Positions 1 to 13,223 of a DNA stretch of 64,000 nucleotides are shown here, piece after piece. The DNA is from Lingula anatina (taxonomy: Eukaryota; Animalia; Brachiopoda): the NCBI GenBank assembly GCA_051362555.1, contig CM120641.1, positions 1,116,001 through 1,180,000 of the forward strand. The letters are read 5' to 3'. The position numbers and the translations under genes were made by a program. How positions within the stretch are numbered: the first letter of the stretch is position 1; each line of letters opens with the position of its first letter. The notes beneath the pieces are model-generated. The model made no database searches, was not told the origin of the DNA, and saw nothing but the letters and a program-made list of their open reading frames with translations.

Positions 1-869
1 GATTAATCAAATTTATAGTTCATATTTCTGTTGGCATATATTATTAATCTGCTTCAGTGCAGCAGTATAGATGTAGGCCGTATTTAATATGAGGGTTTGC
101 AGACATTTCTCAGTTCAAAGGCCATGGCACAGCCGTGTTTCGCACCGTACTTAAGATATTCAGTATGAGATAAACTATTTCTCCATGGGATGCGTGTCTA
201 TATATACTTTTACCTTTCCTGTCGGCTAGACGGGTCTTGCGCGTTCTTTCGCTTTATTTATCTGCTTTGTGTGCTTATTAACTTTCGCTTTTTTAGCAGA
301 TTTTATCCACTGTTATATAGATAAGATGTAGACTGTGTCACATTTTGCTTTGAAACTTGGTAGACTGATTCAAAGGTCTAATGTACAGACCAAGTTCAAA
401 AACTGCTTGATCGGTTTACTTTTGTTGAAGTTATGCTGCTTTTTGTATATACATCAAAGTGGGTAAGAAGAAATAGTTATAAATAGTGCTCATGTTTTTT
501 CATTATATAATTCACGCGGTCCAGTGATGGACTATCTGCCACGACCATCTCAAGAAAACGTGTCAACGCACTTAAACCATTTATCTAAACTGTGGATCGA
601 TGTGAGCTTAAAAAGGCATCTCTGTAAACTCAGTGGAGACGGGTTTTAAACGACACATACTTTTGCATGTATAACGTGCCGGTAATGTCATTCGTGAGAT
701 CGGTTTCATACCCCAACTTCACGCCCTGTAAACTGATGCTATACTGAACAAAAATACCACAGCAGGTTTTTCTTTTCCATAAAAAATACGATCGAGTATA
801 TCTCATAAACTAACAAATTCATACAATCTATCCTGCTTTCCGTCCGTTTCCAATGAAAAGAAACGTTAC

Positions 870-1848
870 CAGTACCATTTGGTTTCTATACTATATACAC
901 CGTTCATGAATGTTTCAAATGCACCACTTGAATCCTGACTTGGAGATACTGATAGAAAGATGCGGGCATGAAATGGAAACGAAGTAAAATCCAGTCGACT
1001 GCAGCGATTACTACGTTGATGGGCGTCTTGTTTAAACTAGGAGTGGGTGTTTAAATCACTGCCGCGTGGTAGTTTGTTATTTGAATATCTTAAACAAAAT
1101 GCCGCGATAGGTATACTTTTAATGTCACCAGTTAAGCATGTTAATTGGTAATGTATCCGGATGTCACGCATACCTTGCTACCCTCTTTGTAATTAGTTAA
1201 AATGCTGGTTGTATTATTCCCGCCAAAATATTGTTTTTAATTTGTACATGTTCGCTACTTACATTTCCTCATTCAGACCAATTAAAACTAATTAACCTCT
1301 CAAATAAAAGTGCGTTTACGTTTCCACGTGAAAGGTACAGGAAGAACGCTACGGGAACGGGCATATAATTAAAAATGATATAAAACATCAAATCCAAGTG
1401 CATGGGCGGATTGAGCAATGATCAGTGTGAGGGAGAAACATATATACCTTTTCTCTCGAGAAAAAATCTATTTGGCTGAAAAATGTCGGGTAGGATACCT
1501 TAAGTACTGAATACAATTAAGGCCCTTAGGTAGCGTCCAAAAACATTTACAGGTTTTGGCCGCGGTCATAAAGCGAGTGGACTTAAACTATGATGCTTTC
1601 TCTTCTAAATAACACAGCCATCATAGCCTGAAGACAGGCAACATCGAATTAAAAAATGGCCTTGCCGGCACTATATGGCACTATATGGAATGCACACTGT
1701 ATATTGAAAACCAACAGGGCTGACTAATCTCAAAAGCATGTGCTTGAAAGCAGCTTACTGCCGCTGAAACTCAACATTTCTCGTCTTGGTACTTACCCAA
1801 CTCGATCCCTCCCAACAGAAACACCAGAACAGTAATCGCCAGCATCAT
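870..1848 (-). CDS. Probable first coding exons of a secreted or membrane protein gene continuing beyond the left edge
   Basis: 1848-1797 encodes MMLAITVLVFLLGGIEL, a signal-peptide-like stretch ending at a phase-1 GTAAGT donor. A candidate exon 2 at 948-870 (tctttctatcag acceptor) is open only in the matching phase (VSPSQDSSGAFETFMNGVYSIETKWY). No further exon could be linked. Confidence 0.45.
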
Positions 1849-2425
1849 GGAGCCAGTTGGTGCAGTGCAGTTTCAGTGACGGTCAATATTCCGATAATAA
1901 CGGAGGCTCGGCAGCTGATGAACTGGTACGCCACTTAGCGTCTGCGCAGTTTAAGCCCGCTTCCACTTATAGGGGTGCAAGCTATGTCGATACTTACCAG
2001 AATCAGCAAATGCAATGAATTCTACACTCACAATATAGCTATTGTTTAGAAATTCAAAACCATTTTAGTTAGATTAGAAACAAAAATATACGTGTACAGA
2101 AATACATGTTTGACGTGTTAACTTTCATGACAGGACAACACCCCTCCTTAAAATGAAACAAACGGCATGCCATCTAAATCAACAACTAATAATACGAGTA
2201 CAAACGTGAAAACGAAAGTATATTTCAAAGGAAAATTATATTGTTTTAACGTGTAAATACAAATCACACCAAGTTCAAGTCGTAATAGGTCTTTTGAGCA
2301 AACAGCAATGATAAGTAAGTTTCAAAAGAAAACATCCGGCCTCTTGACTCAAACTGTTGGGAATGTTTGTCGTATCACATGGGATAGGTTTTACACAGGA
2401 AATTCAGCCTCCAAAGTTTGGACTA

Positions 2426-2934
2426 GGAGCGCATTCCCATAGATTTTAGATCGATCTATCCCCGTGGGGAATCTCACTAGATTACTGTCAGATAATCCGG
2501 CTTAAATGTCCGTCTCGCCTACTACAAGCTGTAAAGCGGAAATTAACTTTCGTGCCCGCTCGGCTGACAGCTATTTAGCGTGGACCCCAAGGGAGTTGAT
2601 CGATCTAGTTGGATCGATTTAATCTCTTGGAATCGGGTCTTAGCGTGAACCTCCAGGGAGTTAGGTCGATCTAAATCTTAATCTCTGGATCGATCTAAAT
2701 CTTTGGGAATGCACCCTAAGACTGGGTTCCCATGCCTCGATCGATCTAACAGGATCGGTCCATCTCCACGGTGTTTCTCGCTTAATTGCTTTCAGCTTAA
2801 GTGGCTTAAATGTCTGCGATGCCTACTTAAGCTGCTAAACGATAGTTAATTACCCCCTATCAGCTTCAGTGGACGTGACAGACATTTAAGCCGCTTAAGT
2901 TAATTGCAATATTAAGCGAGAATCTCATTGGAGA
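2426..2934. mobile_element. Cluster of abutting foldback MITE copies (PIF/Harbinger-like)
   Basis: 2426-2640 aligns in reverse to 12106-12335, and 2720-2934 aligns forward to it. Ends of type GGG/GGAG-(T/C)GCATTCCCA occur at 2426 and 2716, with a TAA junction at 2717-2719. Confidence 0.6.
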
Positions 2935-2935
<1 letters not shown>

Positions 2936-2987
<52 letters not shown>

Positions 2988-2991
2988 TAGA

Positions 2992-3025
<34 letters not shown>
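2936..3025. repeat. (AAT)n microsatellite, interrupted
   Basis: Directly visible. Confidence 0.95.
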
Positions 3026-3026
<1 letters not shown>

Positions 3027-3973
3027 TTTTTCAAGGGCGTAAGTTTTTTAAACTGTAGTCATCACTTTTCAGATCTTTCCAAAATAGTTCCTCAATTTTA
3101 TTGTTGATATTTTAACATGAGGAAATCTCCAATTAAATAGTACATGCATGTAATGTACTCCAGTTTGAGATTAATCCATACTAGTGCATCTATGTACAGC
3201 ATGGGTAATTAAGTACTGAGTCCCAACACGAGACGTCCACTGTATGTGATATACAAGCGTTTAATTACCGAGGCATACATACAGTGGACGCCGAGTAATT
3301 ATAATTGATTTATACCACGACTGGCGCTGCAAACAATAGGATGAACGCACCGAAGTTAAAAAAAGCGTGAGCCTGGTCTGAATACTCCTTACAACACGAA
3401 GCCGCCACTGTTTGAGATGTGTAAGTGTGCAATTATTGAGTGAAGCCGAGATGGTTACACTCTCATATGTCGCATACAGTGAGAAACGGTCGCTGATTCG
3501 GTGATTTAATTGTTTAGAGTACAGAGCTTTGTTAGTATCATATTAACTTTGTTTTGATTTTCATTTAAGTTTTATTTTATGGAATTTTCACCGCGGAGGA
3601 GATGGAGGAGAGCTTGGCCTTTTCACAGCTTCTTGCCTCTTGCGCCTCGATATAATTTTGCTCCTGTATATGGCACACGGTGGACGACACGTGTTATAAC
3701 TAGTACATACATTCTTTCATATTTAAAATCGAGCACAATATCATTCTCTTCGAGTGTCCTTGCTACCACTGATTTATCTTGCCTCAAAGACGACTTAAAT
3801 TTTGGCCTGAAAGAACTTATAAATTTTTGGTCTGTAGAATATTTTTGTGCAACATTTCTTCGAGTTCATATCAGCATTTCATAAAAGCGTTCAAACTGAT
3901 GATATCTTAGACCAATAGTTGCGTTATTGTAGTATGCAGACACAACTACAGATAATTTACTAGATAGAAAAAC

Positions 3974-5447
3974 GGCAGGGTCTCGCTGCGAGAACTGTGC
4001 AGCTAAATGTAAAGACTTGTGCTTGCAACCTTTTGGCAACCTTTTCGCAACCACAAAATCTGGCGATGGCTTGCGATTACTTTGCGAGCCTAATAGGAAG
4101 CTTTGGCGTATATTTTGTCGTGCACCGTTTGCCAGAAGGATGCAGTATGGTACCCTCTACCAGGGCCGCAGTTATCATTCTGTGGACATTTTTGCTGTGG
4201 CGACAGTACAGAGATTAGCCATCTATTTAGCCAGAGACATATCTCTTAATATCTAGTGAAAAATCAATCTGTGGCCCTGGTAGAGGGTAGCAGTATGGTA
4301 ACTTAAACTCTGAAGACCACCTTCAAGCTGTAGATTACCAGTTTGCCAAGCGATACACTCAGCAAACACTTGATAATCAAAAACCGTTCGCAGGACTGTA
4401 GCAATCGATTGCCTATTGATAACCACAAGGTCGCACAGATCATACATATTGTAAACTTCTGGCGGTAGTTGCTTTCACATCAATTCCCCTCTCAGAATAC
4501 AAGAAAAAATGTTCTAGTAAAGTGACACCTTCACAAAGAGCAGGGAACGTGTTGGCTGCTGTAATAACTGGGATCGCTTAGTTTCATAACGCATTTTGCT
4601 CATTTAAAATTGTGAGAAAACAAACCTTATTATAGATAAATATCAGCTTGGTATTGCAGCCATCACTGCAATAATAATTATTATAAATATGAAAATGTTT
4701 TAATCCTCATTAATCTTTACACATCCCTTTACGGTATTTTGCTTCAATGCTTGGTCTCTTTGAGGTCTCAGTGCCTGTGCAGTTACGGTCACACTGAACT
4801 AAAAACCTCTTTGCGAATTGCAGCTATCACCAGTTGCCAAAACTCGCAAAGTGGTTTCTTAAAGAACGCGTGGTTTATATCTAGTCACGCCGGTTTCGGT
4901 GTAGCAACAAAAACATGCAGGCGACCAAAAAAAAAAAAAAAAAAAGAATTTGTGGTATCAAATCGGTTGCCAGTGGTTCGCCGATTGATTTGCAACTAGT
5001 ATGCAACTGATTGTGCGGTTTTCTCTTTGTCTCTTTTGCTTCAAGCGTTTACCACTTACAATACAACGTAATTGAATCGTTACAGCTCGTGTTCATCGTG
5101 TACGTTTTACATTCTCATCTTTGCGGTGAGGATACATGTACCAAGCACTGGGAGGATTATTTATTGTATTTACTTAAACAACTTTATTAGGTTTTTTGGA
5201 TATTTTAATGATTTGTTATATAATTTGTAGATAATACGTTAATAAATAAGAATTATGCATTGCTGATTAGATAATTTTCATTTTCTCTACATTAGTCTAT
5301 TTGTTGCATTGTTTACTCAGATAATTTGGCTTTGCAATTCTTAAACGAGATACAGCGATGAAACATTAGGGCGACAGATTAATTTATACAAATATGATAA
5401 ATACATGTAGACAGTCATTTTAGGCTTTTTGAAATTTGCCTATAATA

Positions 5448-5480
<33 letters not shown>

Positions 5481-5727
5481 GAGGGTACTAGTGGTAGGTG
5501 ACTGGTTTCAGTCTGGTTATAGCGACCTTCTGCCAACCAAGAAGAGACCGATAAGCAACATCTGGAATACCGATAGTTTTCATCTTCAGTCGCACTGGTG
5601 GTCAGTGCACAGAAAACTGCCTACATGTGTCAGCAATCGCGACCACTTTAAAACCTATGGCAACTTCCTTGCGATTGAGGTTGCTGAAAGGTTGCCAAAA
5701 GATTTCAATCGCAGTGCGACCCAGGCT
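3974..5727. mobile_element. Degenerate non-autonomous DNA transposon (Harbinger-like ends) with nested insertions
   Basis: Left end GGCAGGGTCTCGCTGCGA...CTTTTGGCAACCTTTTCGCAACC is an imperfect inverted repeat of the right end GGTTGCTGAAAGGTTGCCAAAAG...TCGCAGTGCGACCCAGGC, which is followed by TTAA. No transposase seen. Confidence 0.5.
4151..4289. mobile_element. 139-bp MITE with 17-bp perfect TIRs and 9-bp target-site duplication (MULE-like signature)
   Basis: TACCCTCTACCAGGGCC (4151-4167) and GGCCCTGGTAGAGGGTA (4273-4289). GCAGTATGG flanks both sides (4142-4150 and 4290-4298). Confidence 0.8.
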
Positions 5728-7317
5728 TAAACCAACTATGTTCCTTTTTGCTACGGTTCAGAGGATCGGTCTAGGTGCGGAGCTACACAGGTTTTAATAC
5801 ACTTGTGTGAACGTGCTGGACATACCGGTAGATAACATCTGTATACAGGTGCATATACATGTACAAGAACAGGTGCGCTACATCCTCTTTTTATTTGGCG
5901 TGGTTCTACCAGTACTAAGTCGCATTATAAGGGTTATATAACTAAACACAGTAATGGATAGCGTGTCATAACCACTTAAGCTGAAATGTTAACTCTAGGG
6001 GTATATATCAACTTGATTTACATATACAACCACAAATGCAAGTGGACATTGAATGTGAACCACAATGTGTATTATACCTGTTACCAGACCATGAAATGGG
6101 TTCATCTTTCATCTGAGGTTGACACCGCAGACCAAAAAAATCAGCACTGTGTCATATTTGGTGTCCAAAACTTAAAGAGATGTAACTCTTCGTGTGCAAT
6201 TTAAAAATTCCACAATAAATATATATTATAAATAGCACACAGAAATAGAATAAATTCCATTTTAGCACTAAAACTTCGGTTTTTGCAGTTATTCTGAAAT
6301 CTGTGCTTGCCATCGAACTACGTGGACCGTCATAAATGGGTAAACTCCGTAATGATTATTACGAAAACATATTTTAAATTAAAAAAAATAAATATAAAAT
6401 AAAAATAAAATAAAATAGTTTCGTAACGGATTCACTTACCATTGGAAAATATTCGAAACCGTCGTTTACCCCAAGAAGTCCGTTTTATGGCTCTTTTCCC
6501 GACAACATTAAGAGCTGTTATCTTTTTAAACATATACCGTCGGTATTTATTTATCTTTACCCAATAACCCAGAGTACCCCCATGGACGCCACGCGCAAGC
6601 AGTTTTTTCTTTTCTCATTTTCTGATGGTTTCTCTTAAGAAACAGAAACTCGCAATGCTGTAATCAACATATGATGCCTAGTGCCTCGCAGCCAAGCAGT
6701 CTGTTGATACTTGGTAGACATGCGTCTTTAGAATTGACTTCACTACCCGTCTTTCTCGAGCTACACTAAGCATCAAGGTATGAGAATACTAATAGTTTCT
6801 TTGTCCTTTGTGTGACTATTTTCGTAATTATCTCCTTCTGTATTGTCACGTGCACATACCGATGTCATCGGGAAAGTTGACAGCTTCTCAGACGACACGC
6901 AAACTAAAACATCGTCCGTCTGTTGATGAAATAATATCATATCTCCGTCAACCCCCCTTCCCTCCCCCCGCCCCCCCCCCTTCTCCGGCCCACTTCCCTG
7001 TCAGCAACATCATTAGGTGTAATATCAGTAGGGTACCTGCGGCAATCAAAAACTGCCTGTATGTTAAAAAATTGGGTCTTAATTATCATGCTTAAGTATC
7101 ATTTTTATGCCTCATGCGGAGTGAAACCATAAGCAAAGCTTACGTGCGTTTTCCCGCATATGACACAGTCATGAGAACGAATGGATAGGGCAATATGTGA
7201 CAACCATTCTTTTCAGTATTGGCGAATTGGTTTTAAAAGTATCATTCTTCGTTAGAAACGTCGGGAATGTCACAGACGGAATTGTTTTATTGTAAGAAGC
7301 ATGGATTAATCTAGGGA

Positions 7318-7368
<51 letters not shown>

Positions 7369-7740
7369 AACTAAGACCGTCATTGCTGAAAAATGTAAAA
7401 AGGTCGAATAACGACAATATAAGTTTTAAAATTTTGTGTATCTTTGGTCAAGAGCTGTGCGTGCAGTTTTCATAAGTCCTTGTCAGCCTCCTTCAACATT
7501 AAAAAGATCGATTCAATATCAGAAATAATACATACTAAAACTCGGCTTTTAAAGAAATAAGATTGTCTTCTCTTGCGACCGTGCAATCAACCTACTCTTT
7601 GATGCTATCCCAAAACATTTATGGTGATTCAACAGTCCCATTTGTTACATTTTCAAAATCCATCTTAAATTATTAAGTATGCAAGTAATTCTGCAAATGC
7701 AATAGGCCTACTTCCTTGATTTGTAGTGAATGAATCATTT

Positions 7741-7886
7741 AATGTGATATTGGTTTGTAGTAATGTAATGTCTAAATAACTTAATGTAATATTGGTTTGT
7801 AGTAATGTAGTGTCTAAATAACTTAATGTAATATTGGTTTGTAGTAATGTAGTGTCTAAATAATTTAATGTGATATCAGTTTGTAG
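7741..7886. repeat. 42-bp tandem repeat, about 3.5 copies
   Basis: Unit AATGT(G/A)ATATTGGTTTGTAGTAATGTA(A/G)TGTCTAAATAACTT. Confidence 0.9.
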
Positions 7887-9172
7887 GTAACACAGTTTGT
7901 AATTTGTTCAAAACCTTGGCGTTGATACATTGGCGTTTTCAAGGCAAATGAGTTATCACGTACAAATCCAAATAATAAATAAACTGACTGGCGAAGAATT
8001 GTTTAAAATTTAGGAAATATTATGAGCTACAATTTCCTTTACTCTGTCACAATTATCGGTATTTGTTCTATCCCCCCCCCCCCCCCACGCGATTGTAACT
8101 GCTGATACTCAGTATACTGGAGCGCTCACACGCGGGAACACCACTCACTTCTCACCGACTGCTGACCACACGGTCCAATCACTGCCTGCACTTATTAAAT
8201 TATTAACATACACATGTGCATAAACGTGCCCAAAGATCACTACTAATATACTTCTTTTTTTTCACTGCAAAGTAGAGATAAGAATTTGGGGTTGAGTGGT
8301 GAAACAAAACAGTATCAGTCCGTGAAATCAGCGAGAGGTGGGTTTACATAAGACTGTCAAACATCACTGACCGGTGACAGGGTGAGATCTCAGATAAAAG
8401 TAGAGATAAAAAAACGCGAAGATTTCAATATGATTATAACACAAATGATAGTGTGGAACGGAAAAGATGGCTAGACATAGAGAACTGGACATTTGTTCCA
8501 TATTGAACTGAGGAGAGCTGGGGCAGATATCGAATATTTCAACTTCACATCTATTCCCAAGTGAAGCGAAATGGCTGCTTGATATAATTACAGTGGCAGT
8601 AAAGTTTTTGCTTACTCTATGATTGGTATCTTCTGGGCTTCTTATGATTTAAGCCGGTGTGATTAAAGGCACTGAACGCCCAACACCCTCACGAAAGAAA
8701 AGAAAAAAATCAGAGATGAGATGAGATAAAACAAAGTAGGCAGATGTACTGAGCATTGGACGATTGAATTGCGTGTTCACGTGCATTACATTATATTTCA
8801 TTTTATGCTGATCGGTGACCATGATAGTTACAACTCGAGTAAACGGCCCCAGATTTATCTAAATAGGGATCAGTTTCTACAAAAATCTATAATGCAGCAT
8901 GGTCACTTTAATTTTTTTCGTCTCAGTCCTTTCAAACCAGACCAGTATCCATCAGAAAAGGTTCATTGATTTTTTTATCTAATAATTACTCCGAGGGCAC
9001 TTGAAGAGCCGTAATGGAGCACTAGCATCACGTCAAAGGACAGCTGTTCTATGAGAAATGTCTCCGAGACATAATGCAGACATCCCATCAAAATGTGTTT
9101 ATTCCATATTGAATCAAATCTTAGTTTGAATAACGTGGGATCGAATTATTTGATGACTTAAAACCTGTAAAA

Positions 9173-9379
9173 CCTCCTTTACACAGGACAGCGTCCTTTT
9201 CTGCGTCCCTAGTGAAACAATGAAACTGGCATCGCTGTGGTCGTAGAAAGGAGGCACAAGCTTTGGTTTGGTTGCAGAATGAATGCTCAATGATCGGCCA
9301 GTTGTCGGCACGTGATTTTTTTATATAACGGGGCCGTACTGCGGGACGCAGACAGGACGCCGTCCAGTTTTAAGGGGGG
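9173..9379. mobile_element. piggyBac-like MITE
   Basis: About 37-bp imperfect TIRs (CCTCCTTTACACAGGACAGCGTCC...TGCGTCCC and GGGACGCA...GGACGCCGTCCAGTTTTAAGGGGGG). TTAA at 9380-9383; the left TTAA is degenerate. Confidence 0.6.
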
Positions 9380-10696
9380 TTAAATGGTGCTCTCTGATTT
9401 TGAGGATTATTGTGCCATAGAACTGATCTCCTGTTAGAGTTATTTGACGTGCATCTATTTACAACTTATTTGAATCCATGTGATGAACAATGTCTTTTAT
9501 GTGTCTTGAGGATTTTGCCATTTGTAGAAAACTTAATATCAAATTTATGGTGCTACTTATACCTAAACTGACAGCATTATTTTGTTTTATTTTGATACGT
9601 AAGATTTGTTTGCCTCAAGAATTGGAGATTTTGGAACAGATTTGATATGAGGAGTATAATTGTTAGGGACAAAAATCCCGATGATTTTCCTTAAATATTT
9701 TATGAGAAAATTCTGAGTGCATTCTTCGTAGTAATAAACACTGTTATATAACATTGTCATATAGAAAGCAAATTAACCTCAACACGCAATGATACAAATA
9801 TCAACGCACCGTGATACCAAAGGGCTTTTCCCTTATGTTGAAGAAAAATCAACATTTTAAAAAGGTTAAAATTTTACTTTGAAAAAAATATATAGCATAA
9901 ACATTTCATGTTGATGCCATGTAAACACTAATCATTACAAATATCAACAATTAATAATATAATAGATCAGGAAATGATTATTAATAAAAAAAATATTGAT
10001 TCTTGACTATACATGTATGTTCCTGTCACAGTATGAAATATACGCATATCTTTATTGTAAATAAATCATTTTGATCTTACTGATGTCCAAAAAAGTGATT
10101 TATTGAATTTAAAAAGCACAGATGGGCCGGTTATCGAGGCCAGATCACTGCTGCGGCTGTACTCGTCCCTATCCCATGAATCACAGTCACTGTAACTTGA
10201 TTTTGACATCAACCACAAACACGAACAATCTTAGTCTTGGTTGTTATTTTTGAAATCGTCCACTCTGGACGACTGTTCACACGTTCACTGATTCTTTGTT
10301 ACTCAGTGCGGGATGTTGATTTTTTTTCTACTTACAAATCTAATAGTTCCATCAGAGCCCAACGAATTGTATGCCGAGATATAAAAGAAGAAAAAATCAA
10401 TATTAGTCAAGATACTTTCTACGAATTAGTTTTCTTTAGACAGTTCTGCCAAAGAGATAAGAAAAAAAACTGAAATGGAATCTCCAATTTAGAGCTAAAT
10501 TGATTTGCCAACTCCATTTCACGTATTTCTGTGCCGTGTGTAAAGAGAGTCATCCACCATCTTACTTCCCCCTTCTTGCTTCCCAACCTTTCTTTCTCTT
10601 AAAATCCCAGCCTCACCGTACACCATGCAGATGATATGCCAGAAACGGCAAGCTTCGTATTTCACACCGGTTGTGGAAGTGGGTGGGTGGGTGGGT

Positions 10697-10731
<35 letters not shown>

Positions 10732-11686
10732 CCTTTTCAACCGGATCGGTAATAAGCACAGAGAACAAGCTAGGGATGCTAGTTTCTTGCACGGAGAGCA
10801 GGCAATGGGCGCCAGTTTATTCTCTTGTATTTACGTTTACCAGTGCCACAGACAAATAAAATAAATAAAATACATGCGCGATGATGCACCTTGCCAGTCA
10901 ACTGATGCGTAGGTCATTTTCTCATTATCTCCCCTCTCCGGGCGCTATACTTTTTAAAGAATAGTTACCCCCCCCCCCCCCCCCCCCCCCCCCACACACA
11001 CACACGGACAGAATTAAAATTGGCTCCATAAGTACCAGAAGTGTGCATTATTATGATATAACAGAATATACACCAATGTCAAACTGTGATTTTTAATCGA
11101 TATCTGGACTTAACCGATACTCTTTATTGTACATGTATATCTGCCTGTTCAAGACCTCTAGAGACAAACTTAATATCTTGCAGGAAAGCATTCCTTTTAA
11201 CTCTTGGTCAAACCAGGAAAATTAGGATTTATTTGACAGCGGTTATTGGGTTATATAGCTCTTGTGAACTTGTGAAAGTAAGTCTATCTCAAACGGCGAT
11301 AAAACTCGATGGCAATCTTACGCTGAAACGCCACACTGCCGATTCAAGTTAACAATAAGCAAATGGCATTTTGATTTTCTAAACCAATCTGTTTCTTTTG
11401 TCATCCTTCCCGTGATTGTATGTCTTTTCAATACAGAGGATTGCCACATCTGGTCTCAAATTTTGTAACGAAGAACAGGATCCCGTTTTACAAAATGTCT
11501 CTAGCTTTTGTGCTTACTAATTAGGGTGTGGTGACACAATTGAAACGACTCCTTGGGGACTCCAGTTGAATGGAATCAAATTGACAGATTAACACGCCAC
11601 CTCTTTTTTCCAACTTACTTCTTGTATAATCACCACCTTTTCTGTATTACGATAGATAAATAGTTGCTTCATTGCTTCTTACTTTC

Positions 11687-11687
<1 letters not shown>

Positions 11688-11745
<58 letters not shown>

Positions 11746-11761
11746 AAGTCACACACATGCA

Positions 11762-11814
<53 letters not shown>

Positions 11815-11880
11815 AGTCACACACATGCACCAAGAGAGAGAGAGAGAGAAAGAGAGAAGATAAGTCACACACATGCACCA

Positions 11881-11915
<35 letters not shown>

Positions 11916-11935
11916 AAATAAGTGACACACATGCA

Positions 11936-11980
<45 letters not shown>
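11688..11980. repeat. Composite (GA)n microsatellite with four interspersed ATAAGTCACACACATGCACCAA spacers
   Basis: Directly visible. Confidence 0.9.
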
Positions 11981-11982
<2 letters not shown>

Positions 11983-12105
11983 AAAGAAACCATATACAGC
12001 TAAACAATTTAAATAAAGTGTTAGTCTACATGTATTTGTCTAGAACCTGGCAGTGGCACAACATCCATATTTTCTGACTCCGTATTCACATTTCTTCCTC
12101 ACTTT

Positions 12106-12335
12106 GACTGGGTTTCCATGCCTAGATGGATCCATCTGGATCGGTCTAATTCCCTGGGGATTCTCACTAAATTGCTATCAACTAACCGGCTTACCGAATC
12201 AGCTAGGGGGCAAAGATAATTACCCCCTGACAGCTTTACTAGGCGTGACAGGCAATTTAAGCCGGTTAGTTAATAGCAATTTAGTGAGACTCCACAGGGA
12301 GATAGATCGATCCAAATGTCTGTGGGAATGGTCCC
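12106..12335. mobile_element. Foldback MITE, same family as 2426-2934
   Basis: Internal 31-bp inverted repeat (12163-12193 and 12258-12288, 1 mismatch). Right end TGGGAATGGTCCC is followed by TAA. Confidence 0.65.
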
Positions 12336-12338
12336 TAA

Positions 12339-13223
12339 GATTATGACATGGTGGCCATCACAGATTGTGATGTGATCGCTATCACAGATTGTGACTTGGT
12401 AGCTATCACAAATTGTGACTTGGTGGCTATCATAGATTGTGACTTGGTGGCTATCTCAGATTGTGACTTGGTGGCTATCACAGATTGTGACTTGGTGGCT
12501 ATCACAAATTGTGACTTGGTTGCTATCACAGATTATGACATGGTGGCTATCACAGATTGTGATGTGATCGCTATCACAGATTGTGACTTGGTGGCTATCA
12601 CAGATTGTGACGTGATCGCTATCACAGATTGTGACTTGGTCGCTATCTCAGATTGTGACATGGTGGCTATCACAGATTGTGACGTGATCGCTATCACAGA
12701 TTGTGACTTGGTCGCTATCACAGATTGTGACGTGATCGCTATCACAGATTGTGACTTGGTCGCTATCTCAGATTGTGACATGGTGGCTATCACAGATTGT
12801 GACGTGATCGCTATCACAGATTGTGACTTGGTCGCTATCACAGATTATGACATGGTCGCTATCACAGATTGTGATTTAGTGGCTATCACAGATAGTGACT
12901 TGGTGGCTATCACGGTTTTGACTTGGTGGCTATCACAGATTGTGACATGGTGGCTATCATAGATTGTGACTTGGTGGCTATCACGGTTGTGACTTGGTGG
13001 CTATCATAGATTGTGACTTGGTGGCTATCACGGTTGTGACTTGGTGGCTATCACAGATTGTGACTTGGTGGCTATCACAGATTGTGACATGGTGGCTATC
13101 ACAGATTGTGACATGGTGGCTATCACAGATTGTGACTTGGTGGCTATCATAGATTGTGACATGGTGGCTATCACAGATTGTGACTTGGTGGCTATCACAG
13201 ATTGCGACTTGGTTGCTGTCGCA
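12339..13223. repeat. 24-bp minisatellite, about 36 copies
   Basis: Consensus GATTGTGACTTGGTGGCTATCACA. It explains the DCDLVAIT and SQSVIATK ORFs in the ORF track. Confidence 0.95.

Noticed and set aside
10519-10864. Poly-Pro and poly-Gly ORFs
   Set aside because: They arise from a G homopolymer run. Poly-Phe and Ser-Leu ORFs elsewhere likewise come from A runs and GA/CT microsatellites.
12348-12962. 204-aa ORF of DCDLVAIT repeats and the antisense SQSVIATK ORFs
   Set aside because: By-product of a 24-bp minisatellite. The frame breaks at 23-bp units, and there is no signal peptide or convincing splice context.
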